From an uncultured Verrucomicrobiae bacterium (lineage in GTDB: Bacteria; Verrucomicrobiota; Verrucomicrobiia; Limisphaerales; Palsa-1400), in assembly GCA_963764165.1 (NCBI GenBank), contig CAVXRD010000004.1:464164-528163 (forward strand): a stretch of DNA of 64,000 nucleotides. The letters run 5' to 3'. Positions 1 through 9,659 of the stretch are shown one piece after another. Position 1 is the first letter of the stretch. The number at the start of each line of letters is the position of its first letter. Made by a program: the position numbers and the translations under genes. The notes beneath the pieces are model-generated. The model saw only the letters and a list, made by a program, of their open reading frames with translations, did not search any database and was not told the DNA's origin.

Positions 1-2
1 AA

Positions 3-818
3 GCCACGTCGCTGGCATTGATTCGCACCACCGAATCCGGTCAGGCCGATACGGGCGATGCCTTTATTGCCGACACGCCGATTCAGGACGCGACACCCGG
101 CATCAAGCGCGAACTCATTCGCGGCGGCGAAGATTATTATTTGACAGCCAACAAGGGAGAAAAAATCGAGGGCCTCAAATACGAAATGCCGTCGCAGTCC
201 ATCGAAGGTTTCATAAAGCGCCTCGAACATCGAATCATTCTCGCCTGCGGCTGGTATGCGGAACTGCTCAACCCCAAGGAAGTCGGCGGGGCCAGTGTGC
301 GGCTGATCCAGGACAACGCGCGGGCGACCGTGCGGCACCGCCAAAAATCCATTCGCGCCCGCTCGCTGCGCGCCATCCGTTACGCCGTCGCGAAGGCGAT
401 GAAGAACGGCTGGATTTCCCGCAATGACGTGGATTGGTGGAAATTCGATTTCGAGTATCCCGCCTTATTGACGGTGGACGAGGGTCGTGATTCGCGCAGT
501 GATTTGATGATGCTCTCGCTCGGCACTTTGACCGAGACGAAGTACCACGCCAAATACGGCGACAACCAAAAACAGGTTGCCCGCCAAAAAGACCAGGAAG
601 TCTCCAACCGAATCAAGCGGGCCAAATCCATTTCAGAGGAAACCGGCACGGATTGGGAGTGGGTCTATCAGCAGCTCTGGTCGCCGCGAAGCCCGCCCGC
701 CTTGTCGGCCGAGGGCGATTGGGGACCCAACGGTCCGCCCAAAGGCGACCAGGTTGCGCCCGGTTCCGGAGGAGGCGGCGAAGAGGAAGGCGGCGGAGGC
801 TCAGAAGGAAACCAATGA
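3..818 (+). CDS. phage portal protein, C-terminal part (5' end lies outside the window)
   Basis: ORF is open to the window edge. It sits directly upstream of the S49 prohead protease gene and overlaps it by ATGA, the lambda B-C gene order. Acidic/Gly-rich tail GSGGGGEEEGGGGSEG. Confidence 0.65.
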   Translation, partial: ATSLALIRTTESGQADTGDAFIADTPIQDATPGIKRELIRGGEDYYLTANKGEKIEGLKYEMPSQSIEGFIKRLEHRIILACGWYAELLNPKEVGGASVRLIQDNARATVRHRQKSIRARSLRAIRYAVAKAMKNGWISRNDVDWWKFDFEYPALLTVDEGRDSRSDLMMLSLGTLTETKYHAKYGDNQKQVARQKDQEVSNRIKRAKSISEETGTDWEWVYQQLWSPRSPPALSAEGDWGPNGPPKGDQVAPGSGGGGEEEGGGGSEGNQ

Positions 819-1633
819 AGTTCCAACATATTATTGACGCGCTTTACCGGCAGCCGCTCGCCATTACGGAAGCGGGATTCCAAACCATCGATGCGCTGGT
901 GCGCCCGATCATTTTTGAGGGCAAGCGGCCGGAGACGGATTTGTCCGGCTCGCCGATGCCGCAGATGAAGATTGAAAACGGGATCGCCGTCATTCCGATC
1001 ATCGGCCCGCTCCTGCAGCACGCCTCGCTTTTATCAAAACAATGCGGGGCGACCTCGTATGATGACATCCGGGAGGATTTGGAAACGGCCGCGAAGTCAC
1101 GGGTTGACTCGGTTATTATGAACATCAATTCGCCCGGCGGCCAGGTGATCGGCTGTCTGGAATGCGCCGAGTTCATCAGGGATTTTCAAGAGGAAACGAA
1201 GATCCCCGTCTATGCCTTCACCGACACGCAAATGTGCAGCGCAGCTTATTTTCTCGCCTCGGCGTGCGACACCATTTTCGCCGCGCGCAGCGCCATGATG
1301 GGAAGCATCGGCGTCATCGTCGCCTTCATGGATTCCAGCAAAGCGATGGATCAAGCCGGATTGAAGCCGATGATTTTCACCAGCGGAAAATACAAGGCCA
1401 CCGGCTCGCCTGGCGTCGCTTTCACACCGGAGCAAATCGAATACCTCGAGTCAATGGTGGCGGATGGCTTCGCGCAATTCGCGGATTTCGTCTCCTCGCA
1501 GCGCCCTCAGATCTCCCTCGACAACATGCAGGGCCAAATCTTCTGGGGCGAGCAGGCGCTGGCAGCCGGGCTGATCGACGACACTGTCAACTCGATTGAT
1601 GATCTCGGTGAGATTTTCGGATTTTCAGAGTGA
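815..1633 (+). CDS. S49-family (SppA/lambda gpC-like) prohead protease
   Basis: Start taken at MKFQHIIDALYRQPLAI. The upstream part of ORF 653.. is Arg-rich out-of-frame overlap with the portal gene. S49-like motifs: NINSPGGQV, MCSAAYFLASACD, GSIGV. Confidence 0.85.
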   Translation: MKFQHIIDALYRQPLAITEAGFQTIDALVRPIIFEGKRPETDLSGSPMPQMKIENGIAVIPIIGPLLQHASLLSKQCGATSYDDIREDLETAAKSRVDSVIMNINSPGGQVIGCLECAEFIRDFQEETKIPVYAFTDTQMCSAAYFLASACDTIFAARSAMMGSIGVIVAFMDSSKAMDQAGLKPMIFTSGKYKATGSPGVAFTPEQIEYLESMVADGFAQFADFVSSQRPQISLDNMQGQIFWGEQALAAGLIDDTVNSIDDLGEIFGFSE

Positions 1634-1643
1634 AAATTTCCTG

Positions 1644-1657
1644 TGCCGTAACTTCGC
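1644..1657 (+). promoter_or_regulatory. TGCCGTAA box, copy 1 (TGCCGTAACTTCGC)
   Basis: Intergenic; 25 nt before the ATG at 1669. Confidence 0.4.
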
Positions 1658-1668
1658 ATCGGGAGCGA

Positions 1669-2184
1669 ATGAAGTTCTCGGAAATCGTTTCGGCGCTGGC
1701 GAGCCTCACGGCAAAAATCACGGGCATTGAAGCCAAGGTCTCTGACCTCTCGGTTAAGGCCACCAATCCCAAGCCCATCTCCGACGAGGAACGCACCGCG
1801 TTCAACGCCGAGATCGCCGGCGTCAAAGCATCCGTCACTGAACTTCAAAACGGCCTGGTCGCAGCGACCACGGCCATTACCGAGGCCACCACGGCCAACA
1901 CAAATTTAACGGCGGAAATCGCTTCGCTCAAAACTCAGCTCACGGACAAGAAAGCCCTGGCCACGGCCGGAGTCGCTGCCGCGGCTGAATTGGCTGCGAG
2001 CCAGACCACGCAAGCGGTTTCGCCCAAGACCGATATCGACCCCTCCGGGAAAACGCCCGAGCAGCTTCTGCAAGCGCAGATGGCCGCGGCGACCAGCCCG
2101 AAGGAGAAAACCACCATCGCCCGCAAGCTGCGGGAATTGCGAGGAGTTTCGTTTGCCGGCCAGGAAATCAAAGCAACGGCGTAA
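1669..2184 (+). CDS. putative scaffolding / coiled-coil head protein
   Basis: Ala/Thr-rich, predicted coiled-coil protein between the protease and capsid genes. ATG at 1669 lies 25 nt after a TGCCGTAA box. A GTG at 1630 is an alternative start. Confidence 0.5.
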   Translation: MKFSEIVSALASLTAKITGIEAKVSDLSVKATNPKPISDEERTAFNAEIAGVKASVTELQNGLVAATTAITEATTANTNLTAEIASLKTQLTDKKALATAGVAAAAELAASQTTQAVSPKTDIDPSGKTPEQLLQAQMAAATSPKEKTTIARKLRELRGVSFAGQEIKATA

Positions 2185-2448
2185 GGGCAACGACGTCTGG
2201 CTCGGATCCCAGCGCGAAAAGGAAATCGGCTGGCTGCAGGCGCGGATGAAGGAGACGCCCGACGGCAAACAAAAGATGCGCCTGGCGCGGGAAGCGCGGT
2301 CGCTCCGGCACGGCACGGACATTTTGCGGGGCGGCCGCGACTACGACTTTAGCTCGGCGCTGCGCGGAGTGCGGCTGCCGGCGGTTCACTGACCCGCCTT
2401 CGCCGAAGCTTCGGCGCGGCGAGCAGTAGAGAAGAAAATAGAAATTTT

Positions 2449-3402
2449 ATGGCAACATTAAGCGCAGCGGAAATTCTGGCGGACACACTGGACGCCTTCA
2501 AAACGGAAGTGCCGATTCTCTCGGCGGTTTCCACCGACCTTTCGAGCGCGCGCGCGGTCAAGGGTTCGCAGATCATCGCGCACATTTCGGTTTTGCCGAC
2601 CGTGCAGGCGTATGACCCGGTGACAGGTTTCGCCAACGGCGCCACGGACGCCAGCAACCTCTTGCAGGACGTGCCGGTGACGATGAACTACTTGCCGCAC
2701 GTCCCGACCGACGTCACTTACCTGGATACGATCGCGTCGCAAAAGGATTTGTACAAGGAGGCGATTCGCAATTCCACGTACGTCCTAGGAAAGAACGTCG
2801 TCGATACGCTGCTTGGTTTCATCAACGGCCCGGGCGGAAACAATTTTTCCAACAAGTATCTCGCCTCCCTGGCGAATACCACTTTGGACACCGTCGAAGC
2901 CGTGAGGTCGCTCTTGAACACGAACCACGCCGCGACTGTGGGCCGCTTTGGAATCGTCAGCACCGGGTTTGCCCAGGCGCTGCAGGAAGATCAACGCACA
3001 ATGAGCGCGCTGTTCTACTCGCAGCTCAACGGCGACAACGCGCTGCGCCGCTTTCAGCGCATCGGCGGTTTCAGCAACATTTGGGAATACCCGGATATGC
3101 CGAACAACGGCATCAATCTGAGCGGCGCGTTTGCCGATCGCCGGGCCTTCACCGTGGCCACCCGCATTCCGACGCTGGGCGCTTTCGCCGGCAATCCGCT
3201 CAACGCGCCGATGACGGCCGCGTTCGAAGTCGTCGAGGATCCCGACAGCGGCCTGTCGCTCCTGGGCATCGTGTGGATTACCAACGGCACGTTCAACATG
3301 AACATGACGCGCACGTTCCTGTTCGGCATAAGCGCTGGCAATCAGGGCACTGGCAACGGCCAGAAGACGGACAACGCTTTGGTCTACACGACCACGGCCT
3401 AA
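2449..3402 (+). CDS. putative major capsid protein
   Basis: 317-aa ORF at the capsid position of a lambda-like head module. A-rich leader (agaagaaaatagaaatttt ATG) follows a GCCGAAGCTTCGGC palindrome. Confidence 0.6.
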   Translation: MATLSAAEILADTLDAFKTEVPILSAVSTDLSSARAVKGSQIIAHISVLPTVQAYDPVTGFANGATDASNLLQDVPVTMNYLPHVPTDVTYLDTIASQKDLYKEAIRNSTYVLGKNVVDTLLGFINGPGGNNFSNKYLASLANTTLDTVEAVRSLLNTNHAATVGRFGIVSTGFAQALQEDQRTMSALFYSQLNGDNALRRFQRIGGFSNIWEYPDMPNNGINLSGAFADRRAFTVATRIPTLGAFAGNPLNAPMTAAFEVVEDPDSGLSLLGIVWITNGTFNMNMTRTFLFGISAGNQGTGNGQKTDNALVYTTTA

Positions 3403-3437
3403 CGCGCAGACGGCGCAACGCATCTCGGAAAGCAAAT

Positions 3438-4088
3438 ATGTATATCGCAGTTGGATTTCCAAGCAGCGCCCGTGAAGACGGGGCTGAGGTGCTGTACGCC
3501 GGACAAGACAAAGGCGCGATGCTCAAGGCGATTGATGCCGCGATCGCCTCCAAGAAATTTCAACTGATCGGGAAGCTGCTCAGGCCGCTGTTTCAGAAAC
3601 ACACCATGACGCCCGGCGTGCATGTGATTGTCGATTGCAGCCCGGCCCACAACGCAGGTTTGAAAGCGCAAAGCGCGGCCCTCGCCTCCGGTGCGACTGC
3701 TGAGGAAGCGGCGTCCAAAGGCGCGAGCGTCAAGCTCGATGCCGCCAAAGCCAACGCCCTCTCGCTTGCCAAGCTCGCGGAGGACGAGCGCGGAAAATTT
3801 GCAAATTTGCAACGGGAGTGGCAACGCCAGATCGCGGCCGCCCCGGGTGACAACCGGCTCAAGGTGCACATCGGCCATTTGGAAACGCGGGCAAAAAATG
3901 TCGTGGACTCCGCGATAACGCTGGCGACGGAAGCAGCCGAACGCGCGACCGCCGCCGAGAAAGATTTAGCAGTCAAACAGAAAGCCGCCGAAGACGCGAA
4001 AGCCGCTGCCGAGAAAGCCGCGGCGGAAAAGGCGGACGCAGAAAAAGCCCAAGCCGAGGTTGAATCCAAAGGCAAAAAGAAAAAGTAA
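3438..4088 (+). CDS. hypothetical phage head-module protein with an Ala/Lys-rich coiled-coil C-terminus
   Basis: Start taken at MYIAVGFPSS inside ORF 3081..4088. The C-terminus is AAEKAAAEKADAEKAQAE...KKKK. Confidence 0.45.
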   Translation: MYIAVGFPSSAREDGAEVLYAGQDKGAMLKAIDAAIASKKFQLIGKLLRPLFQKHTMTPGVHVIVDCSPAHNAGLKAQSAALASGATAEEAASKGASVKLDAAKANALSLAKLAEDERGKFANLQREWQRQIAAAPGDNRLKVHIGHLETRAKNVVDSAITLATEAAERATAAEKDLAVKQKAAEDAKAAAEKAAAEKADAEKAQAEVESKGKKKK

Positions 4089-4089
4089 T

Positions 4090-4716
4090 ATGAAGTCCAT
4101 TAAAAATTTTGCAGTGATGATCGTGGTGTTGATCGCCATGCTGTTTGCCTCATTGCGCGCGCGCGCGCAAGGCGGCGGCAGCGCCCCGCAGAACCTGGGA
4201 CCGCAGGGCGCCACGACCGTTGTGCTGGCGACCAATTATCCTTTCGCCTCGCTGCCAGCCAGTTCCACCAACACGTTTCCGCAGACTTATACGGTCACGA
4301 ATATTTATTCGAACGTGTTCTCGATTCCGGTCACCTACGTGACAAACATCACCACTAACACGGTGACAGGTTATATTGACCTCACCGGCCAGCTCGATCT
4401 GGCGATCCAGACTGGTTTTTCATGCACGAACCCCACCGACGTTTCGAACGTGGTTTGGAAGCTGATGCCGTCCCTCGACGGGGTCAATGCCGATACGACG
4501 AACGCCGCCTGGTGGGTCACAAACACCAGCCCGGGCAGCAATGGGCTTGTGCAGACGACTGTTTTTTCCAGCGCCCAAAAATCAGGCATTGCCGGATTCT
4601 TTGTGGGAGAGGTCATCAACCTGAATACGAACCCAATTTTCCCGTTCTTGACCAACGCGACCGGCAGCAATTACCAGTTCATGCAGGTACGCGGAACGAA
4701 GCCTGTCCGTTATTGA
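4090..4716 (+). CDS. hypothetical secreted protein (signal peptide) in the head module
   Basis: MKSIKNFAVMIVVLIAMLFASLRARAQG is a classical signal peptide. ATG lies immediately after the stop of the previous gene. Confidence 0.5.
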   Translation: MKSIKNFAVMIVVLIAMLFASLRARAQGGGSAPQNLGPQGATTVVLATNYPFASLPASSTNTFPQTYTVTNIYSNVFSIPVTYVTNITTNTVTGYIDLTGQLDLAIQTGFSCTNPTDVSNVVWKLMPSLDGVNADTTNAAWWVTNTSPGSNGLVQTTVFSSAQKSGIAGFFVGEVINLNTNPIFPFLTNATGSNYQFMQVRGTKPVRY

Positions 4717-4717
4717 T

Positions 4718-5113
4718 ATGACGAAAGTAGCCCTTTTGCAATTGGCCCAGGCGACCGCCGCAACGGTGGTCACCGGGAGCGCGTCCGCCCTGGCGGCGGA
4801 TCAGGCGATGGTGAATGCCTTCGTCGGCACCGGCAATCCGGCGACGGATTATCCCGGGTTCAAGCAGAGTTTCGGCCGCGAGCTGCAAAGCTACCGCCAA
4901 GCTGCACAAGCCGACGCAGCGCCCGCGACCGCACCCGGCGCAGGCCCGAGGACGCAGGCGATCTCGGCTGAAGTCTTCGCCAAATTGCCGCCTGACATGC
5001 AGGCTCGATTGGTGGCGGCCAACCCGGCTCTTGCCAATGTGGTTGCGGCTGCGCCCGCGCCTGTATCCGCAACGGCTGCGGCTCCAGTTGCATCAGCGCC
5101 ACCGGCAGCGTAA
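4718..5113 (+). CDS. hypothetical Ala/Pro-rich phage protein
   Basis: ORF tightly packed after 4090..4716 and followed by an intrinsic terminator. Confidence 0.4.
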   Translation: MTKVALLQLAQATAATVVTGSASALAADQAMVNAFVGTGNPATDYPGFKQSFGRELQSYRQAAQADAAPATAPGAGPRTQAISAEVFAKLPPDMQARLVAANPALANVVAAAPAPVSATAAAPVASAPPAA

Positions 5114-5138
5114 GATCATTTTTTGTGTGGGGGGAATC

Positions 5139-5177
5139 GCGGGCGGCTTCTGTCGGGAGGCCGCCCGCATTTTTTTT
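5139..5177 (+). terminator. rho-independent terminator
   Basis: Stem GCGGGCGGC (5139-5147) pairs with GCCGCCCGC (5160-5168), with a 12-nt loop, followed by A + T8 (5170-5177). Confidence 0.65.
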
Positions 5178-5240
5178 CCAACCCTTGCCGCGCCGAAGCG
5201 CCAGCGAAGGCGGGTGCCGCAATTCCGCTGCTAGCTCAGA

Positions 5241-5564
5241 ATGAGCCCACTCGGCAGCATGCACAATCAGGCGCTTCGCGACTTGGAACGTCTCCTTAAA
5301 AATCCACAGTTGAAGTGGCTTGGCTTCCCTTATGTTTGCGCGCCCTCCACGCTCGAGCGCGGGCAGACCATCGGTTTCGGGGGCCGATTGTATGACGTCA
5401 AATTGACACTCACCGTGCGGACGGAAGTTATTAAAGGCGCGGCCAAACCGTTGGAGTCAGGAAAAGTCATCGAGTATGACGATGAACAATACCGCATCGC
5501 CGTCGCCAAGACCGCCTCCACCGGCGATCACATTCGCTTGACACTCATTGATCCCAACCGATGA
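5241..5564 (+). CDS. putative head-tail adaptor/connector protein
   Basis: 107-aa ORF in the position and size class of head-tail joining proteins. No recognised motif. Confidence 0.4.
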   Translation: MSPLGSMHNQALRDLERLLKNPQLKWLGFPYVCAPSTLERGQTIGFGGRLYDVKLTLTVRTEVIKGAAKPLESGKVIEYDDEQYRIAVAKTASTGDHIRLTLIDPNR

Positions 5565-5565
5565 C

Positions 5566-6393
5566 ATGGCCAGCGATATCCAATTCTCGGTCGACATGCA
5601 GTCGTTTGGCTCGCAGCTCGCGCGCCTGGCGATGGCATCGAGGAGGACGAACAAAGAGGTCCTGATTCAACAGTGCCGGATCATGGCGGTGGATTTAATC
5701 AGATCCACCCCGCCGACCGGCAACCGGCCTTTGACCGAATCTTTTGCCGCCCAAAAGAAAAAAGGCGAAATGTCGGTCGACCGCGATATCACCAGGCTTT
5801 TTCAGCCCCTGACGACCATTCGCGCCGTGCTCGATCCCATGCCGCGGCGCGGCCACTACAAACCGAGCAGGCTCGACTATTTGAAGCATCTCGCGGAACG
5901 CGGCCAGTTTCAGGAACTGAGCGAAGCGATGTTTGATATGCAGATTACGGACGAGCGCGTCCCGATCGTCGCCGCCATCACCACGGAAGAGTACCGCGCG
6001 GAGTGGATGCTCTTCGCCACGCGCGGGACCGTCAGCGCAAAGCGGGCCCGCCGCACGCTCGTGTGGGACAGCAGCGCCCTGGCGGTCGTGCGCGAAGAGG
6101 TGAAGAAACGCGTCGGCTGGGCCAAAGCCGGCTGGATGCCCGCCGCGCGCCACTTGCAGGCGAAACGGCTGCCGGCGTGGATCACCGACAAGAACGCCCC
6201 TGGCGGCTTCATTGACGACACCAACGATGCCGACGAGCCGGCATTCACTTTCATTAACAACGTCAAGTATATTGCATATTTGAACAATGGAAACCGGCTG
6301 TTGCTCCGGGTTATTCGCGAACGGCAGCGGGCCATGGAAATTTCCATTGAGCACGCGCTGGAGCATTACATCGAGGAGTTTAACGCGGCCTGA
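5566..6393 (+). CDS. hypothetical phage structural protein
   Basis: ATG lies 2 nt after the preceding stop (a TTG at 5548 is an alternative). Co-oriented and tightly packed in the structural module. Confidence 0.5.
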   Translation: MASDIQFSVDMQSFGSQLARLAMASRRTNKEVLIQQCRIMAVDLIRSTPPTGNRPLTESFAAQKKKGEMSVDRDITRLFQPLTTIRAVLDPMPRRGHYKPSRLDYLKHLAERGQFQELSEAMFDMQITDERVPIVAAITTEEYRAEWMLFATRGTVSAKRARRTLVWDSSALAVVREEVKKRVGWAKAGWMPAARHLQAKRLPAWITDKNAPGGFIDDTNDADEPAFTFINNVKYIAYLNNGNRLLLRVIRERQRAMEISIEHALEHYIEEFNAA

Positions 6394-6400
6394 CCGCCTC

Positions 6401-6414
6401 TACCGTAACTCCGG
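6401..6414 (+). promoter_or_regulatory. TGCCGTAA box, copy 2 (TACCGTAACTCCGG)
   Basis: Intergenic; 26 nt before the ATG at 6427. Confidence 0.35.
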
Positions 6415-6426
6415 GCCTCGGGCACG

Positions 6427-7464
6427 ATGGCAAAGGCCCCTTACAGTCCCGAACTGGATACGCTGGAGTTCCGCATCGAGGCGGCGCTGAAAACCTATTT
6501 GCTCTCGGTCGGCATCACCGGCAATCCGAACATTTACACCGGTGAAGAGACTGAGGACCGCGAGCTGCCCGCCATCGTTTGTGAATGCCACGGCGGCCCA
6601 GAGAATCCTCCCGGAACGAATAATTTTCTTGAGGACGCCACTGTTTGCATTGTCTCGAATGTTGACGAAACGGAGTCCGACGCGGATCCATTCCCGCCAG
6701 CCAGGCGGCTCGTTGAGCAAGTCAAGTATTGGTTGTGGGATGCTCTTCTCGACAGCAACGCGAATGAGCACTTGCACGAGATATTGACCGCTCAGGTGCC
6801 AAACCTTCAGGTGCAAAACCAAATTCAATTTCACGGCCCGGTCATCGCGATCCACGATCGCAAGATGATCACGGAATTGAAATTCACGATGCAGGCGTAT
6901 CAGGGCTTCAACGGCGTGGCTGGTCCGGCGCCGGGATTTTCGCTCCACACGCTTCTGCCCGTTGCCTGTGGCGTGGCGCAAGGAAGCACGGAATGCCACT
7001 GCCCGGCCGGGTCGACGACGATCGGCATTCTGCCAGGGATCGCCGGGAAAACGTATCAATACACTTTCCTGGTCAGCGGCCTGGTCGAGCTCAAGAGTTA
7101 CACTGGCGGAACGCAGAGCGGCTTTTTTTACACGGGCGGTTCCAACGCCAACGATGGCAACGCCAATTCGTACGGACTCGTCGTCACCACGCCCGCTAAT
7201 GCGCCCAACGTCACCGCCAGCCAAGGCCAGTTTTTCCTGAACGCGTCCACTGGCGGGGCTGGGAGGTACCAAAACAACGTCGTTCAATACAAAGTGACAC
7301 TGACAGCTCAGGCGGGACAGGCGATGGTGCTGACCACCAATTCATTCGACGGCTTCCAAGCCAGCAACCCCAACGCTCTGACCGTTCCCGGAATCACGTC
7401 CCCTGCGCAGCCGTTCAACGGGCAATTTATACGGCTCGATCTGGTCAACGCGGTGCAGGTGTAG
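6427..7464 (+). CDS. hypothetical phage structural protein (N-terminal part resembles tail-completion/DUF3168-type proteins)
   Basis: 345-aa ORF. A TACCGTAACTCC box starts 26 nt upstream of the ATG. Functional call rests on position only. Confidence 0.45.
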   Translation: MAKAPYSPELDTLEFRIEAALKTYLLSVGITGNPNIYTGEETEDRELPAIVCECHGGPENPPGTNNFLEDATVCIVSNVDETESDADPFPPARRLVEQVKYWLWDALLDSNANEHLHEILTAQVPNLQVQNQIQFHGPVIAIHDRKMITELKFTMQAYQGFNGVAGPAPGFSLHTLLPVACGVAQGSTECHCPAGSTTIGILPGIAGKTYQYTFLVSGLVELKSYTGGTQSGFFYTGGSNANDGNANSYGLVVTTPANAPNVTASQGQFFLNASTGGAGRYQNNVVQYKVTLTAQAGQAMVLTTNSFDGFQASNPNALTVPGITSPAQPFNGQFIRLDLVNAVQV

Positions 7465-8545
7465 CCGTTGCGTAACTGAGATCGACGAATTCGAGGTCGG
7501 GGTTAAACCACAGCACCGCCTCGCCCACCGTCGACGTGCATTTCAAAAAGAACTGACAACGGGAAAGTAGGTGCGCCTCAATTAGAACATCCTTGCCGAG
7601 GCGGTAGCCATTCAGCGAACGCTTTTGGAACACGTTCTTGTCCGTCCTGGATCGCACGGAGTTGTAACAAACAATTCGCCCTTCGTAGCGGTGCTTGAAC
7701 ATCTCCAGGTACTGCGCCTGGTCCGTGGCAACGAAAATTCTTGCATCTGGATGCGCGGACAGCATCGGATCAATCCGGTCGAAATAATCCTGAGGCTCGA
7801 TAATCCTCATGGCCCGCGGATTGGCCACGTTGGTGGCCTTGTCGGTCCCCCGCACATGAACTCCAATCACAAAACGCCCACTCATGTGGCGACCGTGGAA
7901 CTTGTCAATTTCCTCGCGAATGTGGCTTTTGATTTTGACATACTTTTTAATCAGAGCCGCGCCCTTGCTCCTCTGGAGCCGGTACCAGTCTGGATCGTAA
8001 TCGGCTTTCGCAAAATAAACCCCGTAGGGATAAGGAAACACGCTCTCGGGATCTTGGAAGTGGAGATGGTGCAGTTCATCCGCAGTCAGCTCGAACAATT
8101 TCCCAGGGACAGCGGCCCGCACATCCTCGTAAGTCAACCCGGCCACCGGCTCAAAGTAATAATTCCACATGTTGGAGCCGAAGCGTAAATCATAAAAATC
8201 ATTGCGACCGCTGCCGGCCCGCTTCCCAAAATAAACCACCGGGAAATAGCCGTTTCGCTCGCAAAGAGACAGTTGGTTCAACGCGAAAAGGAGATATCCG
8301 AAAAACCCGACATTGTGGCTCTTAAGGGTGATGACCATGATCGCGTTGAATTCGGCGCAAGCAGCGATGGAAACGGTCCGCAAACTCTCTTCTTTCCGGA
8401 AACGCGAGATAGAGCGAACGGTCGAGGGTTTGAGAGAGTCGATGGCAAAAGACCCCAGGGCAATGCAGTCGGCGACGAAATACCTCCGCATCCAGCCCGC
8501 CGCGATGACAACGGCCGGAAGACGATTTTTAAGAAATGTCTTCAA
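7445..8545 (-). CDS. glycosyltransferase-like protein (fucosyltransferase/GT23-65-68-like HxRxxD motif), antisense moron
   Basis: Only minus-strand gene in the head-tail module. Motif FVIGVHVRGTDK resembles the conserved HVRxGD motif of GT-B fucosyltransferase-like enzymes. An internal start at 8338 (MVITLKSHNVGFFGYL) is possible. Confidence 0.5.
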   Translation of the reverse strand: MKTFLKNRLPAVVIAAGWMRRYFVADCIALGSFAIDSLKPSTVRSISRFRKEESLRTVSIAACAEFNAIMVITLKSHNVGFFGYLLFALNQLSLCERNGYFPVVYFGKRAGSGRNDFYDLRFGSNMWNYYFEPVAGLTYEDVRAAVPGKLFELTADELHHLHFQDPESVFPYPYGVYFAKADYDPDWYRLQRSKGAALIKKYVKIKSHIREEIDKFHGRHMSGRFVIGVHVRGTDKATNVANPRAMRIIEPQDYFDRIDPMLSAHPDARIFVATDQAQYLEMFKHRYEGRIVCYNSVRSRTDKNVFQKRSLNGYRLGKDVLIEAHLLSRCQFFLKCTSTVGEAVLWFNPDLEFVDLSYATATPAPR

Positions 8546-8592
8546 CGGGTACCAATGATAGCGATCCCTGGCGGCCCTGTCAGGCTTTAATG

Positions 8593-8606
8593 TGCCGTAA
8601 CTTCAA
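8593..8606 (+). promoter_or_regulatory. TGCCGTAA box, copy 3 (TGCCGTAACTTCAA)
   Basis: Intergenic; 26 nt before the ATG at 8619. Confidence 0.4.
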
Positions 8607-8618
8607 CCGTAGGGCGAT

Positions 8619-9032
8619 ATGTCGCTCAACGTTTTTGGCCAGGCAATCGTCCGCGACGCCGCGACGAACATCGATTTTCTTTCCTCGGGGGCGTATTCGT
8701 GCGACGACTCGGATTACTCCCAGGACTTCGGCCGCGATGATGTCGAAGGAACATCCGGCGCGCTGGCGTCCGTGCTGGTCAAGCGCCTGATCGAGAAACT
8801 CACCATCACGGTGACTCCCATGGGCGCCACCTTCGAGAACGCGCAGTCCCAGGCTGTTCTTCCTACACCTATGCAGGTCGTGACGCTGTCCGAATCGACC
8901 ATCGCCAATTATAACGGCACCTGGAATTTCATCTCCGGTGGCAAGATCAAAAGCAAAAAGGCCGGCGTGACAGTCATGACTTACATGCTGGAGCGTTACG
9001 ATGGCGCGGCCCTGACGCAAGTCACCACCTAA
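8619..9032 (+). CDS. putative major tail (tube) protein
   Basis: 137-aa ORF followed by a chaperone-position gene and the tape measure gene. A TGCCGTAACTTC box starts 26 nt upstream. Confidence 0.5.
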   Translation: MSLNVFGQAIVRDAATNIDFLSSGAYSCDDSDYSQDFGRDDVEGTSGALASVLVKRLIEKLTITVTPMGATFENAQSQAVLPTPMQVVTLSESTIANYNGTWNFISGGKIKSKKAGVTVMTYMLERYDGAALTQVTT

Positions 9033-9044
9033 GCGCGGCGGTCC

Positions 9045-9659
9045 ATGAGCCCGCCCGAATATCTCTCCGCTTGCATCCCCGAGCCATTCACGGTCCTGGG
9101 AATGAAACTGCGTCCGCTCAGCATCGGCCATATTCTTTTGATGCAGTGGCAGGGGCTTTCCTACGTCAGCGAGAGGCCCGAGCCGCCAACGATGGACGAC
9201 TTAATTTCGGGATGCCTGATTTGCTCGATGGGATTCCGGGAATACAAGGAGTTTTTGGAGCGCCAGGATTTGCGCGAAGAGCTGACCCGGCTTGGGCGCG
9301 TCTTTAGCTTTGACGAACTTCCGGAAAAATACGCGCTGTTTCGGGCCTACCTAGACCAAGGAACCGAATCGCCCGAGGTGGAAATACCCGACAGCATTGC
9401 CAGCGGGGTTCTCCTCGGCACGCCCTGGCTGCAGAGCCTCCGCATCTGCCTGATGAGCAAACTGCACGTCAGCAACGAGGAAACATTTGATTATCCATAC
9501 CGGATGGCGCTCTGGGATTGCTTCTCGGTCCGTGAATCCGAAGGCCGCCTTGTCATCAACACTGGCCAAATGGACACGGCGGCTATGCAGGAAAAAATTG
9601 AGGTAATGCAGGCGCTCAATCTGGCGTTTCTGGAACGGCTGGGAGGAATTCCAAAGTAA
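9045..9659 (+). CDS. hypothetical protein at the tail-assembly-chaperone position
   Basis: Lies between the tail tube and tape measure genes. Its stop abuts the tape measure ATG. Confidence 0.4.
   Translation: MSPPEYLSACIPEPFTVLGMKLRPLSIGHILLMQWQGLSYVSERPEPPTMDDLISGCLICSMGFREYKEFLERQDLREELTRLGRVFSFDELPEKYALFRAYLDQGTESPEVEIPDSIASGVLLGTPWLQSLRICLMSKLHVSNEETFDYPYRMALWDCFSVRESEGRLVINTGQMDTAAMQEKIEVMQALNLAFLERLGGIPK

Noticed and set aside
653-814. N-terminal extension of the protease ORF (MGVGLSAALV...RRRRRRGRRRRLRRKP)
   Set aside because: It overlaps the end of the portal gene in another frame and is poly-Arg. The start at 815 gives an ATGA overlap and a natural N-terminus.
2153-2392. 79-aa + strand ORF between the scaffold and capsid genes
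   Set aside because: It starts at a TTG inside the scaffold gene in another frame. The basic sequence is not implausible (WLGSQREKEIGWLQARMKETPDGKQ), but I have no supporting signal, so it is left uncalled.
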